Below are positions 21,843-31,678 of a DNA stretch of 64,000 bases, one piece after another (the first letter of the stretch is position 1; the number at the start of each line of letters is the position of its first letter). The DNA is from Perkinsela sp. CCAP 1560/9 (lineage: Eukaryota; Protista; Euglenozoa: Kinetoplastea). The stretch is from positions 3,720,001 through 3,784,000 of the forward strand of contig CBFFSA010000001.1 of assembly GCA_965644495.1 (NCBI GenBank), read 5' to 3'. The position numbers were made by a program, and so were the translations under genes. The notes below the pieces were generated by a model. That model was not told the DNA's origin. It did not search any database and saw nothing but the letters and a program-made list of their open reading frames with translations.

Positions 21843-22173
21843 ATGGACACACCAATAAGCATAAAAGCTCATCGGATTCGCGGCGCAGTCCTACCCATAG
21901 AATACGAGTTGCAGACTTTTCTCTCTCTTACTACGAATCCACCCCCGAGTTGGAATGTCTCCAATCCGTTGGCCTCCTGGAAGGGAATTCAGAAATATCA
22001 ATCGAATCCTATCTCAGATGAGATCTTCGGTCTAAATTCGTATAAATTTAAGCTCTCTGGAAAATTAAACTGGAGCGCTCCTCCTCGAGGGCTTCATTAT
22101 CTTAATATGTCTGACAATGGCCTTACGGGACCTGTAGATTTCGCGTATCTCCCTGGGTGTCTTAAGGAATTGT
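21843..22173 (+). pseudogene. LRR gene, 5' part, interrupted by the retrotransposon
   Basis: HRIRGAVLPIEYEL motif. LRRs stop at LPGCLKEL at the element junction. Confidence 0.85.
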
Positions 22174-22203
22174 TAATAAAGATACAGTTTCTGTACCTTG
22201 TTG
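22174..22203 (+). other. Spliced-leader (mini-exon) relic, SL nt ~10-39
   Basis: ACAGTTTCTGTAC core followed by 7 nt ending in TTG, in exact register with the 39-nt trypanosomatid SL. Not followed by a GT donor. Confidence 0.85.
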
Positions 22204-22243
22204 AATTATTTTTCAATTTTGTACTAAACGTATCTTCCGGAGC

Positions 22244-25200
22244 ATGGCCTCCAATGACCCCTTACCTGCTCCTGTCGCGCACGACGACCTCCCTCGAGGA
22301 TCTGTCAGCGCGAGGCGACACAGTCAAGCGTTTCACTTTAGCAGAAGTCGCGCAGTATCTATGAAGCTGCGCTTATCAGAAAGCACACTCTGGTCTTACT
22401 TTCCTGACACACATGCAGCAGCTGTTTTCCTTACCGAAAAGAGTTTATTCTCGAGCGTACACACGGCTGAAGCTTCCCTCGGTAAGACCCTCCGAACAGG
22501 AGCCAAAAGAGATGATGGCTTAGTCATCGAGAAATGCAACCTGCAAGAAGTTATCGATCATGAAGCATGTGACTACGTGGAGTACCGAGAAATACAGGAC
22601 CCCCATCGAATCTTCCGGCACGCGAGCTGGGCCTCAGCGTACAGCGACGAACACTTGGATCTTTGTTCTCACTATGCCTCCGCTCAGACATTTGGAAAGG
22701 CAGTTCTGAAGAAACTAAATGGGTGCAACGTACCCGGTCTATCCCATCTTTCAGTACGACATATAGCCCCTGTTAACCAGACGGAGAACCAGTCTTGGAA
22801 CCGATGTTCAATCACATTCGACGCCCCTTACAAAATCAGAGCCGGTGATCACTCCCTACCACTCCTCAACAAACCCGACAAAACTCCCATGCCCTGTGCC
22901 CATCGATGCCGCAATAAAGCAACATGCCTACATCCATGCTGCAAAATTATCGACACGACACCTGCCACCGCAGACCCAACCTTAACAGACGATGTACCTT
23001 TCACCCAACCAATGACGACAGTCAACCCAAGCACTCCTGTCATGAATCCTGAAAGACGTCCCTGTCGGCACACATGTCGAGACAAACAGGCATGTGGACA
23101 TATATGCTGCAAAGTGGGAGTACTCGTTGAACAGAGTACGTCTACGCACACACATCATGAGGCGCCATCCAGAGCGGGAGTTCCTCATAACCACTTCCCT
23201 CCTCCCTTAGTTAACACCCGTAACCACCCCGCTACGCCGTCTGCAGGAATAGAGAGCCCGGGGTCCGGCGATTCTCGTGCACCCCCATCACCAATACCAA
23301 CCAATCCTGAGCACGTGAACCTGCGCAACTCGACATCCAACATCCAGTACCGTCCGTGCCTGCACCAGTGTAGTGACAAAACGATGTGTAAACATCAATG
23401 TTGCAAAACTGGGGTTCGTGTCTCCCCAGAGGAGGCAACGAACGCGAGATGGTCACTAAGGGGTCTTCTTCCCTGGCCTAACCAAAGTTCCAATGCCCCG
23501 ATAACGACGAGGGCCTCGTCAACGGAGAGAAATATCACAGCTGAGACCCTTCGAGACGACGGAAATAGGCAAAGACAAATCCAGCAAATGGAACACCCAA
23601 CAAGTAATACAGGACGCGAAACCGGGCTCCCAGAAAGCACACCTCAAAGTACCAGTAGCGGAGTACTGCAAGGAGAACGACGCCGTCCATGTGCGCATAA
23701 ATGCAATGACAAGACACAATGCAAGCACGATTGTTGTAAAAAGGGGGTGCTTCTTAAAGCTGGAGAGATGGTCTGCTCTGCGCTACTATGGACAGCGCGT
23801 GGACTCGCTGGTATCCCAGACAACCCTCCGATAGCGCGCGATGCTCCCGTGACGCAGTCAACTGTTCGAACCGAATCAACAGAGTCCACGAGAAGGATAA
23901 ATCACACTCGGGTGAATCCCGGTGAATTCCCAGTGTATGTAATTCCTAAGTCTCCCGAACAGCAACAGGTGCAGGAAACCACGGAAGTTCCCCTTCCATT
24001 ACCTCTATCAGCCCCCGATACCTCCCTAGCAACACTGCTCCCAGAAACAGTCCTCCGAGCAACGGCTCCCGATACGACACCTGCGCAAGAATACCAAACA
24101 ATACTTCAGAGAGTCGCACGAGCTCATGAAGCTACCGAGAGTTCTACACCTACGCCCTCTGAGCTTGACATTCTGTTGCGGACATCACGCACTATTGCGG
24201 GGGGCCGCGCACTGGTGCGCTTCAATGACCAGCAGTGGAGCCAGGTATTATCAAAGATTGAGGTGCGCTGTAGGGAGTTCCTGCGACCTGCAACGAACGC
24301 GGACGATGCACTGCTTAAAGCGGATATACTATCGGCCATACTGTCGGTGTCTGTCTTCGAAATCGCTCAAGAGATTGACCCTAGGCGAGGTTTCATGCTC
24401 CGTACAAACATGGGCCACGCAAAACGCGGATTGCGCCCACTGGCCATAGACAGAACACAAAAACAGCTTGTTGCACACATTCGCCAACTAAAACGTTCAC
24501 TTGCCTTCATGCATGGCGCAGAGCGCAACAAGCAGAGAGGGATGATCAAGCAAGCAGAAAAGGCGCTGAAGTTCTACGAAGAAGAAGCCACTCTTCAGAA
24601 ACAAGAAATCGAACGCAGATGGGCCCTCACCCGTTTCCAGCGAAATCCCTGGACAGCCGCTGGTATGTGTCTGGATAGCCATGAGGAAGAGGCGCGTGAA
24701 CACGGTACAACCTTCCCAACAGCGTCCATGAGTGAAATCGAAACCTTCTTTGCGGAGTCTATGTCTAAACCCGAGACCAACTATACCATTCCATCCGACG
24801 AGTTCCTTGGCCCACGCCCGCTAGAATCCATGAATTGGACAGAAATTGATGCCGGTACTATTGCTGCTGCATTGGTCTCGAAACGGGCAGGCGCCGCTCC
24901 GGGATCAGACACCGTGACGAATGCACTTCTGAAACGTTGCTCAAGCATCTACATCTATATCGCACAAATTTTTAATGATGTCCTTCAATTCGGTATCTGC
25001 CCACTTACGTGGAAAACTGCTGTAACCCGACTGATACATAAAGGTGGCGATCCTAAGCGCATCGAAAATTGGAGGCCAATTAGCCTCACCAGCTGCCTTG
25101 GAAAGCTCTTTCACTCCATTATTGGACACCGAATCCTTCAACACGCCCTGGAGACGAATGCGATCGACACAACTATCCAGAAAGGCTTTCTTCCTGGTAT

Positions 25201-27118
25201 GAATGGAACGGTAGAGCACACTCAAGCCCTATGTGAACTCATTGAGCACCAACGAAGCCATAAACGGCAATACTGTCTTTCCCAGTTCGACATTAAGAAC
25301 GCATTCGGATCGATCCCTCATAATATTCTCTTCCAGTCTCTCCGTTGGGCCCGCGTCCCCTCACCCATCATCCAATACATTGAAAACCTTTACCATAAGG
25401 CCTCTCTCCAAATCAAATGCAGTGAAGGACTCACCAAACCAATCGAAGTCGGACGGGGCGTACTACAAGGTGACACTCTCTCCCCAGTACTATTCAACCT
25501 CTCAATGGAGTTGGTGCTGCGTTTTGTCCGGTCTAGCTGTCCAAAATACGGTATTACATGGAACGACGACGAGGTGTTCCTCAAGGCTTTCGCCGACGAC
25601 CTTACCATTCTCACGAACACTCCCAAAGAAATGCAAAACGCGACCCATGTTTTGGTGAAAGCTTTATCCCGTGTAGGAATGAGGCTCAATGTGCAGAAAT
25701 GCAGGATGCAACATATGGCAATGACTACAGACTCAGGTTACATGACTCGCCGCCCGCAGATATTGGTCGATGGCGCCCAAATCCCCCACATTTGCGACCA
25801 AGGCAGCACATTCTTAGGAATGACACTCGCCCCGGGAGCCCAACAAGGGAACATTCTCTTCCAAAAGTTGCGGGCCCGCATACGCACGTGGTTACGAAAT
25901 ATATCTAGCAGCGCCCACGAACTACCGGCCCGTTTATGGATCTACAACAATGGTATTATCTCCCGTCTTCGATACTGCTTTGTTGTGCACGCGTGTCTTA
26001 GTTTTAATCACGTCCTGCGCCTTCAAAGGTATGCAACGAATGCGATTCGGAAATGGCTAAATCTCGCAAAAACGGCTACCAGCGAGCTCTTATACTCCCA
26101 ACACGGTTGGAACCTCACCAGCCTATCCAAACTTTGGCTCCTCTGTGCAGCAGAAACGGCGAAACAGATGGAAAAATCCCGCGACCCCGCGGTTCTGCAT
26201 GCATTGCGCGTCAGGATACGGAGGGAAGAAAACAAACGGTCATCTGGACATGTACGCCCACCTTCCGAAATCTACAGCACAGATAGAAGTGAAGTACGAA
26301 GAATGATTGGCGAGGAATATGAGAGACACCTCTGCCAAGCAGTACAGCGCCGTACCTCTGTTGCCGGTCAATGGTTCCGCATAGCAACCGAAGAAGACTT
26401 AGCTAAGGACTTTGCCGCAGCACTTTGTGATTTGAAAAGCGAGAGCCTCTCGCGTTTCACAGCCTCCGTCCTGACACAAACTCCCTTGCCGACACGAGTA
26501 GCACTCCGCAAATGGGGAATGTCGAGCCACGTAAACGACGAATGTCCCATATGTGAAACAGAGCGGCAAAGCACCCGGCACGTTCTCTCTGGCTGCGCGA
26601 AATCCTTAGAGCAAGGGAGATACACCCTGCGACACAATATGATCTTACTAGCCCTCGCAAACGCTGTAGCGACCTCTCCGTCGACGAATGCGTTCCATTT
26701 CGATCTTCCACAGTTTTCCACTGTCCCGACTTGGCTCACGGAATTAGATACAGAGCTCAGACCGGACGGGTGGGTAAGGCTGCATAATGGTGAGGAATAC
26801 ATAATAGAGCTAACTTCTCCATGGGAAGAGAACTTTTCACACGCCCACGACCGCAAAGTTGCGAAATACTCCAGGTTGTATCATACAAGGAAACTGCAAC
26901 ACCCACGCACGTTTCTCTTGGTGTTCGAGGTGGGTGCCAGGGGGAAACTTGCTAGCTCCATTCGACTGCTCAACTCTCTTTTTATGGGAGAAAAACATAT
27001 TGTTTCTGAGTGTCGGAAGGAAATGACGAGAAGTGCCCTGCGTGGCAGCTTCATCATATTCCAAAAACGCGACTCAAAGACCTGGAACAATGAAACACAG
27101 TTTGCTGAGGTCGCCTAA
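22244..27118 (+). CDS. Retrotransposon polyprotein: 4 zinc fingers, reverse transcriptase, CCHC knuckle, restriction-like endonuclease
   Basis: RT motifs APGSD, NWRPISL, QKGF, DIKNAFGSI, GVLQGDTLSPVLF, AFADDL. Then CPIC...HVLSGC, GRYTLRHN, RPDG..IIELTSPWE, K..KY, FEVGARG. Confidence 0.95.
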   Translation: MASNDPLPAPVAHDDLPRGSVSARRHSQAFHFSRSRAVSMKLRLSESTLWSYFPDTHAAAVFLTEKSLFSSVHTAEASLGKTLRTGAKRDDGLVIEKCNLQEVIDHEACDYVEYREIQDPHRIFRHASWASAYSDEHLDLCSHYASAQTFGKAVLKKLNGCNVPGLSHLSVRHIAPVNQTENQSWNRCSITFDAPYKIRAGDHSLPLLNKPDKTPMPCAHRCRNKATCLHPCCKIIDTTPATADPTLTDDVPFTQPMTTVNPSTPVMNPERRPCRHTCRDKQACGHICCKVGVLVEQSTSTHTHHEAPSRAGVPHNHFPPPLVNTRNHPATPSAGIESPGSGDSRAPPSPIPTNPEHVNLRNSTSNIQYRPCLHQCSDKTMCKHQCCKTGVRVSPEEATNARWSLRGLLPWPNQSSNAPITTRASSTERNITAETLRDDGNRQRQIQQMEHPTSNTGRETGLPESTPQSTSSGVLQGERRRPCAHKCNDKTQCKHDCCKKGVLLKAGEMVCSALLWTARGLAGIPDNPPIARDAPVTQSTVRTESTESTRRINHTRVNPGEFPVYVIPKSPEQQQVQETTEVPLPLPLSAPDTSLATLLPETVLRATAPDTTPAQEYQTILQRVARAHEATESSTPTPSELDILLRTSRTIAGGRALVRFNDQQWSQVLSKIEVRCREFLRPATNADDALLKADILSAILSVSVFEIAQEIDPRRGFMLRTNMGHAKRGLRPLAIDRTQKQLVAHIRQLKRSLAFMHGAERNKQRGMIKQAEKALKFYEEEATLQKQEIERRWALTRFQRNPWTAAGMCLDSHEEEAREHGTTFPTASMSEIETFFAESMSKPETNYTIPSDEFLGPRPLESMNWTEIDAGTIAAALVSKRAGAAPGSDTVTNALLKRCSSIYIYIAQIFNDVLQFGICPLTWKTAVTRLIHKGGDPKRIENWRPISLTSCLGKLFHSIIGHRILQHALETNAIDTTIQKGFLPGMNGTVEHTQALCELIEHQRSHKRQYCLSQFDIKNAFGSIPHNILFQSLRWARVPSPIIQYIENLYHKASLQIKCSEGLTKPIEVGRGVLQGDTLSPVLFNLSMELVLRFVRSSCPKYGITWNDDEVFLKAFADDLTILTNTPKEMQNATHVLVKALSRVGMRLNVQKCRMQHMAMTTDSGYMTRRPQILVDGAQIPHICDQGSTFLGMTLAPGAQQGNILFQKLRARIRTWLRNISSSAHELPARLWIYNNGIISRLRYCFVVHACLSFNHVLRLQRYATNAIRKWLNLAKTATSELLYSQHGWNLTSLSKLWLLCAAETAKQMEKSRDPAVLHALRVRIRREENKRSSGHVRPPSEIYSTDRSEVRRMIGEEYERHLCQAVQRRTSVAGQWFRIATEEDLAKDFAAALCDLKSESLSRFTASVLTQTPLPTRVALRKWGMSSHVNDECPICETERQSTRHVLSGCAKSLEQGRYTLRHNMILLALANAVATSPSTNAFHFDLPQFSTVPTWLTELDTELRPDGWVRLHNGEEYIIELTSPWEENFSHAHDRKVAKYSRLYHTRKLQHPRTFLLVFEVGARGKLASSIRLLNSLFMGEKHIVSECRKEMTRSALRGSFIIFQKRDSKTWNNETQFAEVA

Positions 27119-27230
27119 AGGTGAATGGATACCACACGTTCTGTGCGTGTGTTCTGGACATTTTATTTTCCTGTATCCATTCATAACCAATCTCTGCACT
27201 ATAAGTGTATGACAAATAAATAAATAAATA

Positions 27231-27622
27231 AATTGTATATGAATCGTTTCCACGGACGCCTTGATGTAAGCCTTCTTCCGGCGGGCATAGAGGTCATCAG
27301 TTTCGGTTCGAACAGTTTTGAAGGAAAGTTTGATTTTTCTACTTTACCTACAGCGTTGACGTCGGTCATGATTGGTAGGAACCAATTAAGCGGTTGCTTG
27401 AACGTTTTAGTGCTACCTTCTGAATTACAGACTTTATGGATAGAAGAAAATTTCTTTGACGGAATAGTGAAGCTTGATTTATTGCGGCTTCAATGCGCGA
27501 ATTTGATTGCATTTAAAATACATGATAACTATTTTACTATAGAAGGAAACTCGACCAAGCACGCTTGGATTCTGCACCCGCAAAAAGTAGGTAAAAGAAG
27601 TAGTAAAAAAAAGATTCAGTAA
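27231..27622 (+). pseudogene. LRR gene, 3' part, resuming after the retrotransposon
   Basis: LYMNRFHGRLDVSLLP continues the LRR broken at 22173. Confidence 0.85.
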
Positions 27623-28015
27623 GACGGACCGCAATGTGTATAGGAATGGGAGCAATCGAAATAATACTACTGTAACTACATACTCAATACTACTGTGACT
27701 ACTGTGTGTACGGGCCGTTTGGCCGAAATCCGCGGCACTAGTGGGGGGCACAGAGTGTATTGTAATCTTGCATGGGAGTACGTACTTTTACAACAATATA
27801 TGGCTTTTAATTAATAGATGATTCATACTATGTACTATACGTATGTAGGGTTCCATTGCGGTGGTTGTAAAACTACCGCTCTACACTCGATTATTGAAAA
27901 AAAAGTGAACAAAAACAGTGAAAATATAAAGAGGAACACAGTAATATAATAGAAGAAAAAAATATAAAAGGGGGCTCCGGTGGTCCAAAACTGAAAATTT
28001 TTTTTGAAAAAAATA

Positions 28016-28088
28016 GGGGGTCCATGGGGGGGGTCCATGGGGGGGGTCCAGGGGGGGGGTCCAGGGGGGGGGGTCCAGGGGGGGGGGG
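28016..28088 (+). repeat. G-tract tandem repeat (G7-10 TCCA)n, potential G-quadruplex
   Basis: Six G runs separated by TCCA(T), set within palindromic A/T tracts of a probable TE relic (~27846-28680). Confidence 0.8.
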
Positions 28089-28680
28089 CATGGTCGAGCA
28101 AATTTTTTCGAAAAAATTAGTTTTCGAAAAAAAACCGCAGAAAGGGTAGCCGGGGTCTTGGCGCGCATTTTCCACCCCCCTACCCGGGGGTGACCCCCCC
28201 GCGTATCCGCAGGACGGGTCCGCCAAGTTCGGAATTTTTCGGAAAAATTTTTTTGAAAAAAATTTCAACTTGGCGAAAAAAATGACAAAAAAAATATTTT
28301 TCCAAAATCGTTTCCCCTATTGTATTTTGATAGTTTGGGACCTACACTAGCTTTCTACGCAGTTGTTTTCGCAAGGTATCACTTCTTCGAACTGTGGTGC
28401 GCCCCTCAAAATGACCCATTTTTGACTAAAAAAGGTGAAAAAGTATTTTTCGGACCTAAAGGGGCATTTTTGTGTCGAAAGAATGGTATGGTTGGAGTCG
28501 CATTCTCTACCCAATACGTTCAGTAGGCTTTCATTCATGCCTGCGAGTGATTTCCCACGCGCAAATGTCGGATTTAGTGCTCTGAGAGCAAAAATATGCG
28601 AAAATGACCCCATTTGTACCCGAAATTCGGCTATTTTTGGCTATAATCTTTCCGTTTTCCCGGCTAAATTTTCTTTTTTA

Positions 28681-28775
28681 GGCTCTTCGTTAAACGCGGC
28701 GGTAGTTTTCAACGCGAAGCGCGCAGCACGAGTGACTTCTAAGTTGAAAGCAACCACCGCGTTTAACGAAGAGCC
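28681..28775. mobile_element. 95-bp fold-back MITE
   Basis: Perfect 19-bp TIR GGCTCTTCGTTAAACGCGG / CCGCGTTTAACGAAGAGCC, extending imperfectly to ~33 bp; TA-flanked. Confidence 0.8.
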
Positions 28776-28972
28776 TATATTATTCCGTGTGCGTGCATCT
28801 ACGGACACGTAGTGGAACTAGATGTCGTAGTTATGCAGTCAGGTAAACATACCTCAATCCATTCTTCGGTTAAAATACTACGAAAATAGTTGCTTGTCTT
28901 ACTTACAATAGTATAATTATCTTCTTAATTGTCTTGTATAATTATCTTCTCATAATTGTATAAGAAGACCCT

Positions 28973-29914
28973 ATGTCCACTCCAGAAATTTTACTTGCAG
29001 CCTACTCCAGTCAATTCCTCTCCACCGTGTTGTTCTACCCGTGGCGCGATCTCATGAATCTACCTGGGCGACTCGAATGGCGCAGACCAAAAGACTTACA
29101 CGCGAGTACCCCTCGAAACACGGCCACGGACCCTACGTTTTACACCCGTCGGTGGAAAGGAATGATAAGAAATCCGCAGCAGCCTGCCCTTATTGCCCTG
29201 TTTCCCACTGCGCTCTACTACTGTGTAATATCCGGAAGCTCCGTGACTCCCGAGCACACAACCGCACTCGTCGCATGGCTCGTCACAGGCACCGTGACGC
29301 ATGCCATTGGCACCACAACACTGCCCATCCTCTCCCACCGTATGGCGGATACCGACCACAAAGGTCGGTTTATGTACGGCTCCCTCTCGCACTGTATAAC
29401 GCAAAGCACCGCGCGCCTGGGGTACTGCAGCTGGCTCTCCGGGCTCTCCTTCCAGGTTCCCATCTCGTTTCTTGCGCACACCGTGCCGCTGTATCTGCTG
29501 TGTGCCTCCGAGAATGCCAAAGGAAGGGTGAAAACGCAAAAACGACAAAGGCGCGGTAGCAACGTGTGGTGCACAACCGCGTGTTTCTTGAAAGACTGGT
29601 GTACGGGCACACTTTACAGCGTCTATGGTGTCCTAGGGGCTGCCCTGTTTAGGGTGATGCGCAACAGCACGACGAGAGGGCAGTACAATGTGATTCTGCC
29701 GCTCCCGGGGCATTGGGTGCGGTATGAGGCCCAGGCCTGGCGAGAGGCCACCCGCACGTTTCAGAGCTGTTGCCACCGCGATGGGGTGATTTCGTATTTG
29801 GTCCAACCTGGGGGGCCGAATTCGGTGCTGCGGGTGATGAGCAAGACGTCCCTCCCGTTTGGGTTCTCATGGGCCGTGTACCGAACACTTGGAGGACCCA
29901 CGAGTGTGTGGTGA
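28973..29914 (+). CDS. Hypothetical membrane protein, possibly a divergent mitochondrial-carrier fold
   Basis: 313 aa with a tripartite look. FYPWRDL and YGSLSHCITQSTARLG...WLSGL resemble carrier motifs, but the canonical signatures are degenerate. Confidence 0.5.
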   Translation: MSTPEILLAAYSSQFLSTVLFYPWRDLMNLPGRLEWRRPKDLHASTPRNTATDPTFYTRRWKGMIRNPQQPALIALFPTALYYCVISGSSVTPEHTTALVAWLVTGTVTHAIGTTTLPILSHRMADTDHKGRFMYGSLSHCITQSTARLGYCSWLSGLSFQVPISFLAHTVPLYLLCASENAKGRVKTQKRQRRGSNVWCTTACFLKDWCTGTLYSVYGVLGAALFRVMRNSTTRGQYNVILPLPGHWVRYEAQAWREATRTFQSCCHRDGVISYLVQPGGPNSVLRVMSKTSLPFGFSWAVYRTLGGPTSVW

Positions 29915-30095
29915 AAACGAAGTTGTGGGTTCCCCTTTCAAAGTAACGTGCTCTTACCGTAACTGTGGAAGGTTATGGTGCTCTTGTGAGTTGTGTTTTG
30001 ATTATAAAACAATAATTTGTGATTGCATGATTTGGTAGTCGAGTTTCTATTGTATTTGCGAAAAAATATCCTTCTATATTCGCATTCTTTTGCCG

Positions 30096-31010
30096 ATGTT
30101 TTCGCTGATGACTTCTGGAATGTATACGGAAGACATCAGCATTTCGGAAATTTCTCGTGATTCATCCTCAAAGACACGTTCTGGAAGAGTCCAAGGTGCT
30201 GAGTTGCCTCCGGAATACGATCTGCAGCGGCTTGTACAATTTTTTGATAACGCTCAAGATTTGTGGGATATGGATGCACCAGCAAACGAGTGGTATGGAG
30301 TGACATGTACAAATACGGGGAAAATCTCTGTCATTGACTGGAAGTCATATGAATTGGGGGGAGTGTTGCGGAGTAAGTTCTTGCCTCGTTCCCTGGAGTT
30401 CCTCCATCTGACGGGAAACAGTTTTTCAGGAGAACTGGATTTGTCTGTACTTCCACCGTTAATTCAAGTGGTTTACCTTTCAGACAACGCATTTACTGGG
30501 GGCCTAGACTTGGATCACTTACCAGCTTCGGTAGAATATTTAGATGTTCATGACAATCTCTTTCAAGGACGAATAAATCTCATGTCTCTTCCGCATTCCC
30601 TCATTTCTTTAAATTTGTCACACAATAAACTGTCAGGAGCTGTATCTCTTACCAGTCTTCCGCGTAAGCTAACTGATCTTGACCTTTCACGAAACTGGTT
30701 TTCTGACGAAATCGATCTAACGAATTTGCCAGCGGGATTAAGATGCCTGAGTCTTCACCATAATCGCTTTTCAGGTCGTCTTGAAATGACGAAGTTAGCC
30801 CCTCGACTGGACAGAATGCTCTTGGGCAGTAATTTATTCGAAGGATACACTGAGTTGACTAGTTTGCCGAAGAGTTTGGTAGAACTTGATCTTAGCGACA
30901 ATGAAGGATTAACGGGAGAGATTGATCAGAGACGAGTAGCCACGTTTTATTTAGGTTTAAGAATATCAGGCACGAAAGTAGCTGTTCGGGGGTATCAGTC
31001 ACGAAGGTAG
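30096..31010 (+). CDS. LRR protein
   Basis: SGRVQGAELPPEYDL motif, EWYGVTC cap, 8 LRRs. Confidence 0.92.
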   Translation: MFSLMTSGMYTEDISISEISRDSSSKTRSGRVQGAELPPEYDLQRLVQFFDNAQDLWDMDAPANEWYGVTCTNTGKISVIDWKSYELGGVLRSKFLPRSLEFLHLTGNSFSGELDLSVLPPLIQVVYLSDNAFTGGLDLDHLPASVEYLDVHDNLFQGRINLMSLPHSLISLNLSHNKLSGAVSLTSLPRKLTDLDLSRNWFSDEIDLTNLPAGLRCLSLHHNRFSGRLEMTKLAPRLDRMLLGSNLFEGYTELTSLPKSLVELDLSDNEGLTGEIDQRRVATFYLGLRISGTKVAVRGYQSRR

Positions 31011-31536
31011 GCACACCCCCTTTCATCAATAATGACCATTGAAACAAGATTTTCAGCTCGGGCTGTGAAAATTACTCAAAAATTATCGAAAACAAATCAT
31101 ACTATCTTTTTGACGCGGGAGTTTTCCCGTGATCTCTTTAATCTTGTCTTGTTTTCCCCTTCGTAGACAAAGTATCATACACAGATGTAAGCTTATTTCA
31201 GCTCTTCCCTTATTGCGTTCATAAATTGTCGCTGTGGTAGCTGTTTTGTCAAAAAGCGGTAATCGCGTTGTGTAAGTGCACGTAAGCTCGGTTTCGCAAA
31301 TTGCTTCCCACTACCGATTCCGCGTATGGCTCAGGCCCTCTCACGCGGGCCCTCGCCATGCCCCACTCCGGCTTCGTAAATTGTTTCCCACTAACGACTC
31401 CTTTTTGGCAAAACGGACAGTGGGTTCGAACCAGCAACCAACGCACATTCTAATGTGTGGTATGTGCCACTGGACCAATCCGGCCAGACATCGTGGACCC
31501 ATGCTTCTCGGCTCCTCCCTACGTAGCCGTACGAAA

Positions 31537-31617
31537 ATACCGTTAGTGGGAATCGAACCCAACCACCTTAGATATACATGTAGAGTCACTGGGCCTAACG
31601 ACTAGGCTAATAACACC
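31537..31617 (-). pseudogene. tRNA-like sequence (A/B boxes, D and T arms; no anticodon stem)
   Basis: Minus strand reads TAGCCTAGTCGTTAGGC (A box, GCCT/AGGC D stem) ... GGGTTCGATTCCC (B box, T arm), with a partial acceptor stem GTTA/TAAC. Confidence 0.55.
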
Positions 31618-31678
31618 GTAAAGAAAGAAGCAGAGGTTGTAAATAAATCTGGTTGTAATTAAATCTCAGAAAAAAAAA

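Larger units (their letters stand above)
22174..27230 (+). mobile_element. Intact single-ORF RLE-type (R2-group; NeSL/HERO-like) non-LTR retrotransposon with SL-derived 5' end and (TAAA)n tail
   Basis: Bounded by the two halves of an LRR gene. 5' end is TAATAAAGATACAGTTTCTGTACCTTGTTG; 3' end is CAAATAAATAAATAAATA. Confidence 0.95.

Noticed and set aside
22174-22203. Functional SL RNA gene
   Set aside because: It lacks the first ~9 nt, has no GT donor or SL intron, and is not in a tandem array. The same holds for the other two relics.
31570-31595. Amber-suppressor tRNA (CTA in CTCTACA)
   Set aside because: The flanking bases cannot form an anticodon stem, so this is not a credible tRNA.
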